From NCBI GenBank assembly GCA_965219455.1, contig OZ244744.1, positions 736,001 through 800,000 of the forward strand: a stretch of 64,000 nt of DNA. The letters are read 5' to 3'. The notes below the pieces were generated by a model. The model was not told the DNA's origin and did not search any database. It worked only from the letters and a program-made list of their open reading frames with translations. Position numbers and translations under genes: made by a program. The stretch is from Candidatus Latescibacterota bacterium (GTDB lineage Bacteria > Latescibacterota > UBA2968 > GCA-2709665). Shown piece by piece: positions 8,251 to 17,900 of the stretch; position 1 is the stretch's first letter; each line of letters begins with the position of its first letter.

Positions 8251-9803
8251 TACAGCAGCGACCGGCGCGGTTTCGGATGCGGTGCCATGTAGGGACCGCC
8301 GCTGCTGACGTCGGCGATCTCGTCGCCGCGCCAGCGAAAGGTCACCGTCTCCTCTTCGGCGGACTTGTCCCGCGACAGCTCCTCCTCCTCGTACTCGGGA
8401 ACAGCGAAGCGCAGCTCGCTGGTCGTAGCCCCTTCACCCTGCGCCACCACCACGAACCCGTTCTCCAACGTTGCCTCGACAGGCCGCCCGTCGACGGTCA
8501 CCGAGCAGGTCCCCTCATCGGCCCAGCCCGGGAAACGCAGCCGCAGCTCCTTTCCGGTTCGGTTGACCACGGTGACCCGGCCCCCGTTTTCGTCGCGCTC
8601 CGCCTGCACCCCCACCTCCGGCAGCTCGCGGTCGAAGTGGAAGTTGACGCGGACGATCTCTCCCTCGACGTCGACGGTCCGGGTCCAGAGCTCGATAAGG
8701 CTGTGCAGGGCAGCGGCGGTGAAATCGGTGACGCAGGTCTGGCCGCTGACGTGGCCTACCGAGCCGCCGATGGCTCCCACGAAACGGTTGGGGAGGTCGC
8801 GGTAGCAGTCGCGGGAGTCGGCTGCTTCGGCAGGCCGGATCGGAACCGGTTCCCGCACCTGCGCCGGGAACAGCCGGGCCCGCGCGATGCGCTCGGCATC
8901 GTCGAGCAGTCCGGGGTCGGCGAACAGGTCCCATAGCAACAGGGCGATGTGGGCGATGTCTCCCGCCGAGGCGATGTCGCCGCCATAGCGGTCGCCGATG
9001 TCGTGGGTGACGAACCCTGAGCGAGTGATCATCCCGGATACGGCCTCCCGGTAGGTCTTGTATATCAGCTCCTGGCGTTCGCGCGAACCCTGGAGCACCG
9101 CCAGCATCAGCAGGCCGCGGAGAGTGTTTAGGTACGAGTGGGTGTGGTGGCCGCAGCCCCCGGCGAGGCTGCCGTCTGCGTTCACCAGGTGTCCGAAGTG
9201 GAAATCGGCCAAGCGCTCCGCTTCCTCGAGGGCGGCCGGCTCGCGGGTGGCCGCGTGGAAACAGAGCAGGCCCTCGATGGCGCGGCCGTGGGTGTAGGCC
9301 GGGGCGGCGCTGTTGCCGTGCTTTGCCCGCACAGGTCCGCCGTCGAACGAGAACCTCCACTCCATCAGGTCCCGGCTGGCGCGGCTCATCCCCTCGATCG
9401 CCCGGTTGCCCCACTCGGCGGCGCGGCCGCTGCCGCGGCATTCGACAAGCAGTCCGACGGACAGCATGGTCTCGCGGTAGGAGTGGATGTACCAGGTCGC
9501 CGGGTCCCGGGGGTCGACGTCCTCGAGGAAGATGCCGCTGGCGTTGTCGGACAGGCGCCGGCTGTTCTCCAGCATCGCCGCTTCCATCTCCACGGGGACC
9601 TCGAAGCCGGCTGCGCGCTCGAGCCGCAGCATTGTGTTCCACCAGCGTCCGACGTTGTGGCCGGTGCAGTATGGCCGAAACTGGTACATGGCGCCCAGCT
9701 CCCCGTCGACGGCCATGTGCCAGTACGGCAGGTAGCCGTCGTCGCGCGACAGACTGCCGAGGAGGTTGCGGCCGGACAGCAGCAGACGGTCCTCGACGTT
9801 CAT
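8250..9803 (-). CDS. Hypothetical protein, possibly GH127-like (alpha/alpha)6 glycoside hydrolase
   Basis: Long GC-rich ORF with HNVGRW, GHHTHSYLNTLRGLL, LDDAERIARA and a beta-sandwich-like C-terminus (LRLRFPGWA). Likely start is ATG 9803 rather than 9992. Confidence 0.55.
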   Translation of the reverse strand: MNVEDRLLLSGRNLLGSLSRDDGYLPYWHMAVDGELGAMYQFRPYCTGHNVGRWWNTMLRLERAAGFEVPVEMEAAMLENSRRLSDNASGIFLEDVDPRDPATWYIHSYRETMLSVGLLVECRGSGRAAEWGNRAIEGMSRASRDLMEWRFSFDGGPVRAKHGNSAAPAYTHGRAIEGLLCFHAATREPAALEEAERLADFHFGHLVNADGSLAGGCGHHTHSYLNTLRGLLMLAVLQGSRERQELIYKTYREAVSGMITRSGFVTHDIGDRYGGDIASAGDIAHIALLLWDLFADPGLLDDAERIARARLFPAQVREPVPIRPAEAADSRDCYRDLPNRFVGAIGGSVGHVSGQTCVTDFTAAALHSLIELWTRTVDVEGEIVRVNFHFDRELPEVGVQAERDENGGRVTVVNRTGKELRLRFPGWADEGTCSVTVDGRPVEATLENGFVVVAQGEGATTSELRFAVPEYEEEELSRDKSAEEETVTFRWRGDEIADVSSGGPYMAPHPKPRRSLL

Positions 9804-9932
9804 CGGGTGTGGTCGACTCCAAACTTGATCGATCGCTCCGGGCGGAGCAGGACATGCTGACGAAATGCTCCAAGTAATGCTCCGGCGGCTTCCGCACTCC
9901 ATTCGTCCGCCATAGCGGATGTTCTCCTTAAC

Positions 9933-9953
9933 TGTCTTTGTGGCTTCGTGTGA
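9933..9953. repeat. Short CTTTGTGN-period repeat element
   Basis: TGTCTTTGTGGCTTCGTGTGA; related copy at 31740-31765. Confidence 0.5.
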
Positions 9954-10001
9954 AATATGCGTTGGTGGAAGCCCGACGTAATACTTGGGCAAGGTCCAGG
10001 C

Positions 10002-12002
10002 TCAGCCGTCAACAATTCGCCTGCGACCACCCTCAAGCCGGTCCAATTGCTCCAGGCACCGGGGCCTGCGCTTGTTCTGCTGTCTCAAGGCGGCGAGGTA
10101 CTCTTGCCACTCCCCCTCGCGACCTGACCTGGTGAGTACATCTCTGACCTGGCGCAGATATGGAACCGCCTCCTGGTACGCCCTCGGCTTTACCAGTGCG
10201 ATCTGCTGCTCCGCCAATTCCTTCCAGATTGCCACCGCCCGGTCGGGATGAGTCGACGCGATGGCGTCGGCCACCTCGTCGTCGAGGGAGACGTCATACG
10301 TCCAGAACGCACCTCTTGTCCGGCTGGTATGGTCGTACCACTTCACAACCTCATTCGGCTTCTTCTCGGCAATGGCCAGGCGGATCAACTCGTCGACCAT
10401 AGGCGCCTTCTTTTTGCCGGGCGGCGCGGGCATTTCGACTTCCGGAGCGGGCAGGGGCCATTCCATCTCCGGGTCGCTCTTGCGTTTCCTGGTGCTGCGA
10501 GGGCGCAGGCCGGTTTGCAGATAGTGCCGGCCCCACGCCTCGACGCCCTCGCCAACGCCCAGCCCGCGGGCGGCTTTGCACAAAGCCTGAAAATCCTCCG
10601 CGCCGGGTCTGGCGAAAAACTCCTCCGCCTGTATGGCCAGCCCGGCGAGTGGATTGCCGCTGCGCAGGTTGATTGTCTGCAGTTGCTCTCGAAGCGCAGC
10701 GTGCAGGCCTGCAAACCGGTCGGGATTCGCCTCAAGCCCCTGCCTGCACCAGTGCCGCGCTTCGTCCCACGCGCGCTCGGCCATCAGGCGATCCACCAGG
10801 CGATTGTAACTGAAGGTGATGGGGGCTTCGCGCTTGCACAGAGGAATAATCTCGTTCCGCCTGCCAGCCTTTTCCAGGGCGTGAATGAGCCAGTCGGCGA
10901 TCAGATCCCGCTTATAGTCACGCGAAAGCTCATCATCTCGGGGAGGTTGCCCGCGGGCGTCGAGACGCTGCGTTAAGCGGTCACAAACCGCAGACCAATC
11001 GTTTTTCACATAGTCTTTATCCGAGAAGTTTTCCAATCCGTGGTAGCAAAGTTCGTACTCGTCTGCCAGGGCCATGTCCAGGACCCATTCGATCCGGTCC
11101 GCGGGCGACATGGAAGTCGTATCCAGGGTCTCGAAAAGAACGTCGAGACAGGCGCCGATCGCTTCGCTTGACTCTCCCTCGTGCTCGTACTCCAGCGCCC
11201 GGCTGCCCGCGGCCAGTAGTTCCGGTCCCAATCGCACCGCCGCGTCAACCTGTCCGGCCGCCACCAGCGCCTGAAGCATTGCTTTGAGGCGCTCTGTACT
11301 GGCCGATTGGAACCCGTAATCGTCACTATCCCATACGGGTTCTGCCAGGGCTGCGATCTCGGAGCGTATCTTTTTCAGCACTTTGTGCGTCTGCCCCGAC
11401 GTCAGGTTGCGCCTGTCCTCAAGCGACCGGTGCACCTCGTCGTGCGTTTCGGCGAGTTCCAGCAGCAGGTCCACAAGTTCGGCCCGAGTATGCTCCTGCA
11501 GGTACGTACGCAAAGAAGAACTCCGGGATTGCCCGGTCCCGATGCTTTCGGAAAGTGTCTCGCCGGGCTCCTCTTCCAGGTCCTCCCCGTCGAATTCCAG
11601 CGGCTCCTCGGAGGTTTCCGTGATTGCGTCCAACTCCTCAAGCCGCGGGTCGTCTGCCTCAACCGGGCCGACGGCGGTTCCGGCCTTCGCCATCTCCAGA
11701 TATTCAACCACAACGGCCACCGCGTGTTTGCACGTCGTCCAGTAGGGACAGGTACATTCGGATATCAGGTCCTTGCTTCCCTCGATGCTCACCCGGGTGG
11801 CGTAGCGATCACTACCGGACACCCAGGCGACCAGGGCCCCGTCTTCGGCGCGTTTCAATTCCTGGACAGCCCCTTTTCTCGCATAGGACCGACCCCGGGC
11901 AACGATTCGATTGCCGGCCCATTCCTCCAGGTCTTCCCACGTGAGTTCCGAAAAGGGATCAGTGGGCTTTTCGGGTTTGGTCTTCTTCATTCGCGGAGCC
12001 AT
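10002..12002 (-). CDS. SWIM zinc-finger domain protein
   Basis: RGRSYARKGAV..AWVSGSDRY..ECTCPYWTTCKHAVAV (CxC...CxH), followed by a helical repeat region. Confidence 0.9.
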   Translation of the reverse strand: MAPRMKKTKPEKPTDPFSELTWEDLEEWAGNRIVARGRSYARKGAVQELKRAEDGALVAWVSGSDRYATRVSIEGSKDLISECTCPYWTTCKHAVAVVVEYLEMAKAGTAVGPVEADDPRLEELDAITETSEEPLEFDGEDLEEEPGETLSESIGTGQSRSSSLRTYLQEHTRAELVDLLLELAETHDEVHRSLEDRRNLTSGQTHKVLKKIRSEIAALAEPVWDSDDYGFQSASTERLKAMLQALVAAGQVDAAVRLGPELLAAGSRALEYEHEGESSEAIGACLDVLFETLDTTSMSPADRIEWVLDMALADEYELCYHGLENFSDKDYVKNDWSAVCDRLTQRLDARGQPPRDDELSRDYKRDLIADWLIHALEKAGRRNEIIPLCKREAPITFSYNRLVDRLMAERAWDEARHWCRQGLEANPDRFAGLHAALREQLQTINLRSGNPLAGLAIQAEEFFARPGAEDFQALCKAARGLGVGEGVEAWGRHYLQTGLRPRSTRKRKSDPEMEWPLPAPEVEMPAPPGKKKAPMVDELIRLAIAEKKPNEVVKWYDHTSRTRGAFWTYDVSLDDEVADAIASTHPDRAVAIWKELAEQQIALVKPRAYQEAVPYLRQVRDVLTRSGREGEWQEYLAALRQQNKRRPRCLEQLDRLEGGRRRIVDG

Positions 12003-12144
12003 CTCGTTCGGTTACTCCTTTCAAAAAAAGGGACTTATATACTTATCTTGACAGGTTGATAACTGCTGTACTCGGCATTGAAATTTTCCCTCGGCCTACC
12101 TCGCCTTTTGCCCATTACCTTCAACAATATTTCAACATTTCGGC

Positions 12145-12173
12145 TTGACAAGATAAATTCTATCCGGTACTTT
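12145..12173 (+). promoter_or_regulatory. Sigma70-like promoter
   Basis: TTGACA-N17-TACTTT upstream of the small ORF at 12215. Confidence 0.6.
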
Positions 12174-12214
12174 TACGGAGAAGACATCCAATTGACAACC
12201 ACGGGAGTACGCAA

Positions 12215-12454
12215 ATGTACGGAGAAAACACCTCATGGAGTAATGTGCTCAAGATGAATACACCTACTCTTGTTGCACTTGCGGCTATTCTCATCACAAT
12301 GTTCAGTCTCAAAGCTGATATTCATAGTCTCAAAGCCGATATTCGAGAACTAAGACAAGATATCGACCGAAAACTTGAAAGAATAGATGCCCGCCTGGAT
12401 TCCTTCGGAGAACGTATCACCGCAAACAAGACAAGACTCGACACCTTGGATTAA
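12215..12454 (+). CDS. Small membrane-anchored coiled-coil protein
   Basis: GGGAG RBS; hydrophobic segment LVALAAILITMF, then heptads. 21-bp tandem duplication at 12305-12346 (SLKADIH/SLKADIR). Confidence 0.75.
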   Translation: MYGENTSWSNVLKMNTPTLVALAAILITMFSLKADIHSLKADIRELRQDIDRKLERIDARLDSFGERITANKTRLDTLD

Positions 12455-12480
12455 CCCGATCTCCCGTAACACCATCAACA

Positions 12481-12518
12481 GCCTGCCTGAATCCCAAATC
12501 GGCAGGCTTTATTATTCC
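12481..12518 (+). terminator. GCCTGCC/GGCAGGC hairpin terminator
   Basis: GCCTGCC-N13-GGCAGGC-TTTATTATTCC. Confidence 0.65.
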
Positions 12519-12738
12519 TCCTCCCTTCAACTATCCAAGCCTTCAAGGTATGTCCGGTAACCATTGTCCCCCCTATCTACGTTGCTGTCAACGTACTGTC
12601 TCGGAACCCATGCCAACTCCCCCTTGTAATGTTTCAACTTGACAAGGCGTATATTTTCCCTTGACACAGGCCACCGTTAGGTTAGATTTCTACTGTAACT
12701 GGTCACGACCGCAAACCTGATTTAATAAAGATATATAA

Positions 12739-13227
12739 ATGCGTATCCTGAGTTGGCTTCTTGAAATATTGGATACCGTCGCCAAATGGCTTTCATCAAA
12801 AAGCAAAGAAAATGAAAAAAGAGAGTCAATTTGGAGCGTAACTGAAAGTGACAGAAGACGATTCGCGTACTTATCTGTATTCTCATTTTTCCTGTCATTA
12901 ATCGTTGTATCCTATTATGAAATTTGGCACACAAATTTCGGTACGCTACATAAAACAACCCACATCATTCAAAATATCGGAACCATTGGTGTCTCTTGCG
13001 TGACACTCGCATTCTTCTTACTGGAAGGAGTGGAGGTTATGAGCCTGCTATTGGGGAATGCCAGAGAACTGGTTGAACGTAGAAAGGCAGACCGAGAAAG
13101 AAAAGACCTTGAAAAAGCTGTTCAGAAGTTTATTGAAAGAGTGGAAGAAAAATTCGGAACGGAACAACCTGTTTCCATTGAAGATATTAGAAATACCGCA
13201 CAAGAAATAACCTCGCAAGAGCGATAA
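12739..13227 (+). CDS. Hypothetical membrane protein (two TM segments, charged C-terminus)
   Basis: AT-rich ORF with two hydrophobic stretches; TTGACA at 12639 and 12661 upstream. Confidence 0.75.
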   Translation: MRILSWLLEILDTVAKWLSSKSKENEKRESIWSVTESDRRRFAYLSVFSFFLSLIVVSYYEIWHTNFGTLHKTTHIIQNIGTIGVSCVTLAFFLLEGVEVMSLLLGNARELVERRKADRERKDLEKAVQKFIERVEEKFGTEQPVSIEDIRNTAQEITSQER

Positions 13228-13262
13228 GCCCTTTCTCTCATATTCCCTTCAGCATACCTACC

Positions 13263-13299
13263 GCCTGCCAGTATCACTATTGGCAGGCTTTGTTGTTCC
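13263..13299 (+). terminator. GCCTGCC/GGCAGGC hairpin terminator (second copy)
   Basis: GCCTGCC-N12-GGCAGGC-TTTGTTGTTCC. Confidence 0.65.
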
Positions 13300-13512
13300 G
13301 CCTACCGTTCCCTTCCCTTCCTGCTACGCTCCAGAAAGCGCTCTGTGCGCTCCTGTAAGCACGCAGGATCGACTTTCTCGCCCTTCTCCGTGTTCCTTCT
13401 TTGTCCCTAACTCATTGACAAGCTTCTGAATCGTCTCAGTAGTGCTTTTGTCAAACTCCCCCTCCCACACACTGATCGTCTCATCATCTGGAAATGTCCT
13501 CTGCGGGCCTTT

Positions 13513-13621
13513 GCAGCCCGTTGAAAAAGCCCATCCGGGCTACCTGCCTGTGCGTACGCACGCAGACAGGCGTGCGGCTCTCGTGGCCGAATTACTGCGT
13601 TGCGACTTTATCAACGGACTG
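13513..13621. mobile_element. MITE-like element, shorter copy with a nested palindrome
   Basis: GCAGCCCGTTGAAAAAGCCCATCCGG...CGACTTTATCAACGGACTG; internal hairpin CCTGCCTGTGCGTACGCACGCAGACAGG. Confidence 0.7.
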
Positions 13622-13741
13622 TCAGGTCCCATCCGCCTGACGATGCAAAGCACCGGATCCAGACGCGGTAGAGCCCGGAAGAACGTTTAACTGGACGATC
13701 ATCAACGTACGCTTGAGAACCATTAACACCCGGCAGTGCCC

Positions 13742-14878
13742 TTACAGACTTGCCGAGAAGGCCCGCAACGTCGACACCTTCTTTATACCGAGAAGTCGGA
13801 AGGACTCGGAAAACGAAGTCCGCCCTCCCAGCGTACTGGTCACCAAGGCGCCACCAAACCGCCGACCTACACGCGCCTTGAGCGTTGGATGGAAACTGCC
13901 GCCACTTTTCCGTTCGATGTTCCTTATTCGATCCAATTCCCGGCCGTAGGCTGACCCAAGCTCTTCACGGTCCAGTGCACCGACGTCGTGAAGCCGGCGA
14001 ATTACGACCAACGTGCTGACTTTGAACTCGCGAGCAAGGCGATTGAGCTGATTTGGTAGTTCCTCGCTCTCACGGTAACGCTCAAGCAAGGACGCAAGTG
14101 GCACAAGAAGCTCGGCGGCGACGCGGTTGCACCAACCCTCTACGTCGTGGACCGGCACGGAAACAGCGTCAACGTCGGAGAGCGCCGACTCACCGAGCCA
14201 GACGTGCGCGAGTTCGTGAGCCAGCGTGAAAATTTGAGCCGCCCTGGTGTCGGCGCCGTTAATGAAGACGAGCGGTGCAAGATCGTCGCTCAGGGCGAAG
14301 CCCCGAAATTCTTCGGGGTCGAGCCTGCGGTGGGTGTTGTTACCAACGATCCCGCTTGTCATAATCAATACGCCCAGCGCATCGGCCTGCTCAATAAAGC
14401 GCCTTAGTGCCTCGGTCCAGGTACGTAGACTGCGCCGCTCCTCGACGTCGAAACCCAGTTCGGCTCTAATCTCTCTCGCAGTCGTCTCAACGTCGTTTCG
14501 CGTTGTAGCGGAACCCACAAACGCCAGCGGATCTTCTCCCTCGATACGTGCAAAGTCGCGGTACCAATCCTGGCGCTGCAAACAGAGATAGACTGTATCC
14601 AACAGTTCCACACTGGGCCGTCCGACGAACTCATTGCCGATCGTTCGCATGTCAGGTATAGGGACCGGTTCATCAAGCGGCTCCGAAAGGAAGAAAGAAC
14701 CGATCGGGGCATGGGTGGCGCGGGCGAGATTCTCCAATTGCTTGAGCGTCGGCTGTCGTTCACCGCTCTCCCACTCAGAATACTTGGGAAATCGCTTTAC
14801 GAGAGCATCTACGGGAATGCCCGCGCGCTCCCGCGCCCAGCGAAATAACTCCGGTTTGACATTGACCCGCAGTGTCAT
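13742..14878 (-). CDS. XRE-HTH plus ImmA/IrrE family metallopeptidase
   Basis: WESGERQPTLKQLENLA HTH; FTLAHELAH (HExxH); EGWCNRVAAELLVP. Start ATG 14878 after AAGGAG. Confidence 0.92.
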   Translation of the reverse strand: MTLRVNVKPELFRWARERAGIPVDALVKRFPKYSEWESGERQPTLKQLENLARATHAPIGSFFLSEPLDEPVPIPDMRTIGNEFVGRPSVELLDTVYLCLQRQDWYRDFARIEGEDPLAFVGSATTRNDVETTAREIRAELGFDVEERRSLRTWTEALRRFIEQADALGVLIMTSGIVGNNTHRRLDPEEFRGFALSDDLAPLVFINGADTRAAQIFTLAHELAHVWLGESALSDVDAVSVPVHDVEGWCNRVAAELLVPLASLLERYRESEELPNQLNRLAREFKVSTLVVIRRLHDVGALDREELGSAYGRELDRIRNIERKSGGSFHPTLKARVGRRFGGALVTSTLGGRTSFSESFRLLGIKKVSTLRAFSASL

Positions 14879-14997
14879 TGGAGACTCCTTAATACCTGAA
14901 TGGCGGCAACACGAACGCCGAGCGACCGGAACGTCGAGAAAACTGTAAGGGCACAACTGCCCCGTTTCATCGAACGACGCCGTGTGGGTTGAATCGC

Positions 14998-17900
14998 TCA
15001 CACGTTATTCTTCTCACCCTCCGGCTCAATGCCAATCCAGCATAGGAGTTCTATATCCTCCAGCTGGATCGGCGGAAGCGGCGCCGGCGGCGAGGTCGGT
15101 TCGAGACCGGTTTCTAGTATTCGGTCGATCACGTAACCGGCGAGCGCCACTCCCGCGTATTCATCAGAATTGAACCAGCCACGAAGCATAATCTCCTCAC
15201 GCCGAGGCCAAGGTGATTCTAGAATGTCCAGGGCACGGTTAATACGTTCGTGAGGCAGATCCGGTGGCTGATTGGCGCGGATGAATTCGGCCACACGATG
15301 ATTTAAGGGCCGAACAGCCGGCTGCAAGTTGGCGGGATCGGTTTCGCGCATCCAACTGGCCAGGATGTCCTGCTGCGCGACTTCCCAGAAATCGTAGACG
15401 CGTTCCTGAAAGTCCTCGGGTTGCCAGAGGGGTGTGTTTTCGTCGCATTCAATGAACCGAAGGCACGTACCAAGCTCGCGGACGATAAAGTCGTGGTCGG
15501 TCCTGGGTTGCCAATCGGCGTCGGCAGATATGAAACGCAGGTATGTACGTTCATACTCTGTTTCTTTTCCAATGACCGCACAGAAGAACACGCCGCGGCG
15601 CGTACTCTTTATCATTCCCGACCCTATCTTCCACGGCAATCGCACAATGCGATCCCTGTTGGCGTCGAGTGCACGTCGCAGAGTTTGCCGATACTCCTCG
15701 CCGGTCTGGGCGGCGCCGGCACTGCCTCCGCGTTCAAAGATGGTCGCATCCTCTCTCATCAATTTCTCAATTTCTTCTCGAGTTTCAGTGAAAACCTGCT
15801 CTCCGTGCGCACCGCCTTCTATTGGGGCTGCGACACCGACACTCGCCGCCGCCATCGCGAGTTTGCCCAGAATGCGTTGTTCAAGATTCAATAACTGATC
15901 GAGGCGGTCAACCGGAAAGATCGTCCGGAGGAATACACGGTCGTGTGGACTACCGATCCGGTCGATACGTCCGTGGCGTTGTACGAGCCGCATCGGATTC
16001 CACGGCATGTCGTAATTGATGATGTGGCGGCACTGCTGCAAGTTAACGCCCTCGGCAAGCACGTCCGTAGCAATCATTACGTCGTAAAGATCTGCATCTT
16101 TACCGGCCGGCGCTTCCATTGATACAGGCGCAAATCCGTGTACCGCGTGCTGGCGAGAAGGCTCGTCCAAATCCCCCGAACCGCTCACAGCGACGATTCG
16201 ATTTTGGTATGGGCCGAGTTCGTGGCACCTGGCGACTTCACACTTCAGATAATCTCTAATCCAAGAGACGGTATCTTCAAAGAAAGAATATATAATAACC
16301 TTGCGCTTCTGCGACTCGTCCACGTCGCTTGAAGCCTCACGCTCTGCCTGTTCAACCACGTCAACGAGCGCGTCCGTCAACGCCCTTAGTTTGGGATCGC
16401 TTTCCGGTGCGATCGCACGCGCATCTTCAGCAAGACTGCGGAGAATGCCCCTGTCGCGCTTCACGGCTTGTCGCAGGCGACCGACATCGTAACGCGACGC
16501 ATCGCTTCGCTCGTCCGTCGCTTCGAGAAGATCCTCAAAAACGGTTTCATCGTCTCCTGAGATCTCTCGCAAAAATGCCGTCGTGACGAAGTATCCGGCA
16601 TCAAGGGAATCGAGAAAGACGTCGTGCTCGTCGGCCATCTTGTCAACAGTTTTACGGAACGCGAACGCCGAGGATTCGAACCGCTTCAGCAAGCCAGAGC
16701 GAAGAAGCCCAACCATCGCGCGAGCACGAGCATCTTCTTCCGCGTCGCCACCATCTCGCAGATAGGCTTCGGGCATATACCTTGCGAATGTGAGAGCACC
16801 TTCTTCATCCGAATCAAGCGCTTCTTCCAATCGGTCAAAAAAACCAGGCATCCTGTCTTCAAGCTCGTATCGGACACTGATCGCTGTGGGATGAGGAAAA
16901 ACGATGGGCTGCGGTCTGCCGTCTGGACCGGAAATGGTGTCTCCTGCGTAGTACTTCTTTACGAATTGGCGAGTCCTTTTCACGGTTGTAGCATCGATGA
17001 TTGGATATAGCACATCGGGGCTAAGGCTGGACGGGTCCGTACGCATTGCTTCTTCAAAGCGTTCCCGAATTGATAGAATGCCCCGGTCAGCAAGATGCGC
17101 GTCCTGACGAAGAAAGAACCGGATGAGATGGTAGAGATCCCAGAGGGAATTGTTGACTGGAGTTGCGGTGAGGAGGAGAAGGTCGCGCTTTTGTCCGAAA
17201 AGCAGCCAGCGCAATGCAGCGGCTCGTGTTGGCGCGTCCGGATTCCGATAATTGTGGGCTTCGTCGACGATGACAAGCTGATATTCTCTCAACGACCGCT
17301 GGAGGTGCTGCTGATCGGCGTTTGGACGGTGTCTATTCCTTAACTGGATATCTCCGGCCAGTTGTTCGAACGAAAGACATTCGACGAAGAGTTGGTAAGT
17401 ATTGATAAATCTTTTCCAGGTCGTGTCGCGCAGCGATGCCGGGCAAATCAACAAGGCGCGTTGGCGCCGTTCCTGATATCGCTGCAGAATCTCGCCGGCG
17501 ATGAAGGTCTTGCCTAAACCCACTTCGTCAGCGACAATGACACCGCCGGTTTCACGCATCAAGCGGAGTGCGCGAGCAACTCCATGTTTCTGAAAACTCG
17601 TCAGGGGGAGATTTTCATCGCTCTCGACATCGTCCTCGACCTCATCACCGTAGAGTTGCCAAAGTACGCGAACGAAAACATCCCACGGTGGTCGCGGTTG
17701 AAACACGACTTCGAACATTCCTACCAGGTCGTAGGGTTCCGCTTCGTCCCACAGTTCATTGAACCAATTCCTGGCTTTAGCGACGATGGGACCATCGAAG
17801 CGACCCAAGTTCAATTCAAGGTTTTGCGTAAGACCCGCTCCGGTCAGGTTGGAAGAACCGGCAATGATTCCCCTCGGTCCGCCAGAGGCTTCATCGGGCG

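Noticed and set aside
8515-9897. 460-aa Arg/Pro/Gly-rich ORF
   Set aside because: Alternative frame of a GC-rich gene; composition is typical of a shadow ORF.
12452-13310. Integron attC array
   Set aside because: No RYYYAAC...GTTRRRY boxes around the hairpins and no integron integrase in the window.
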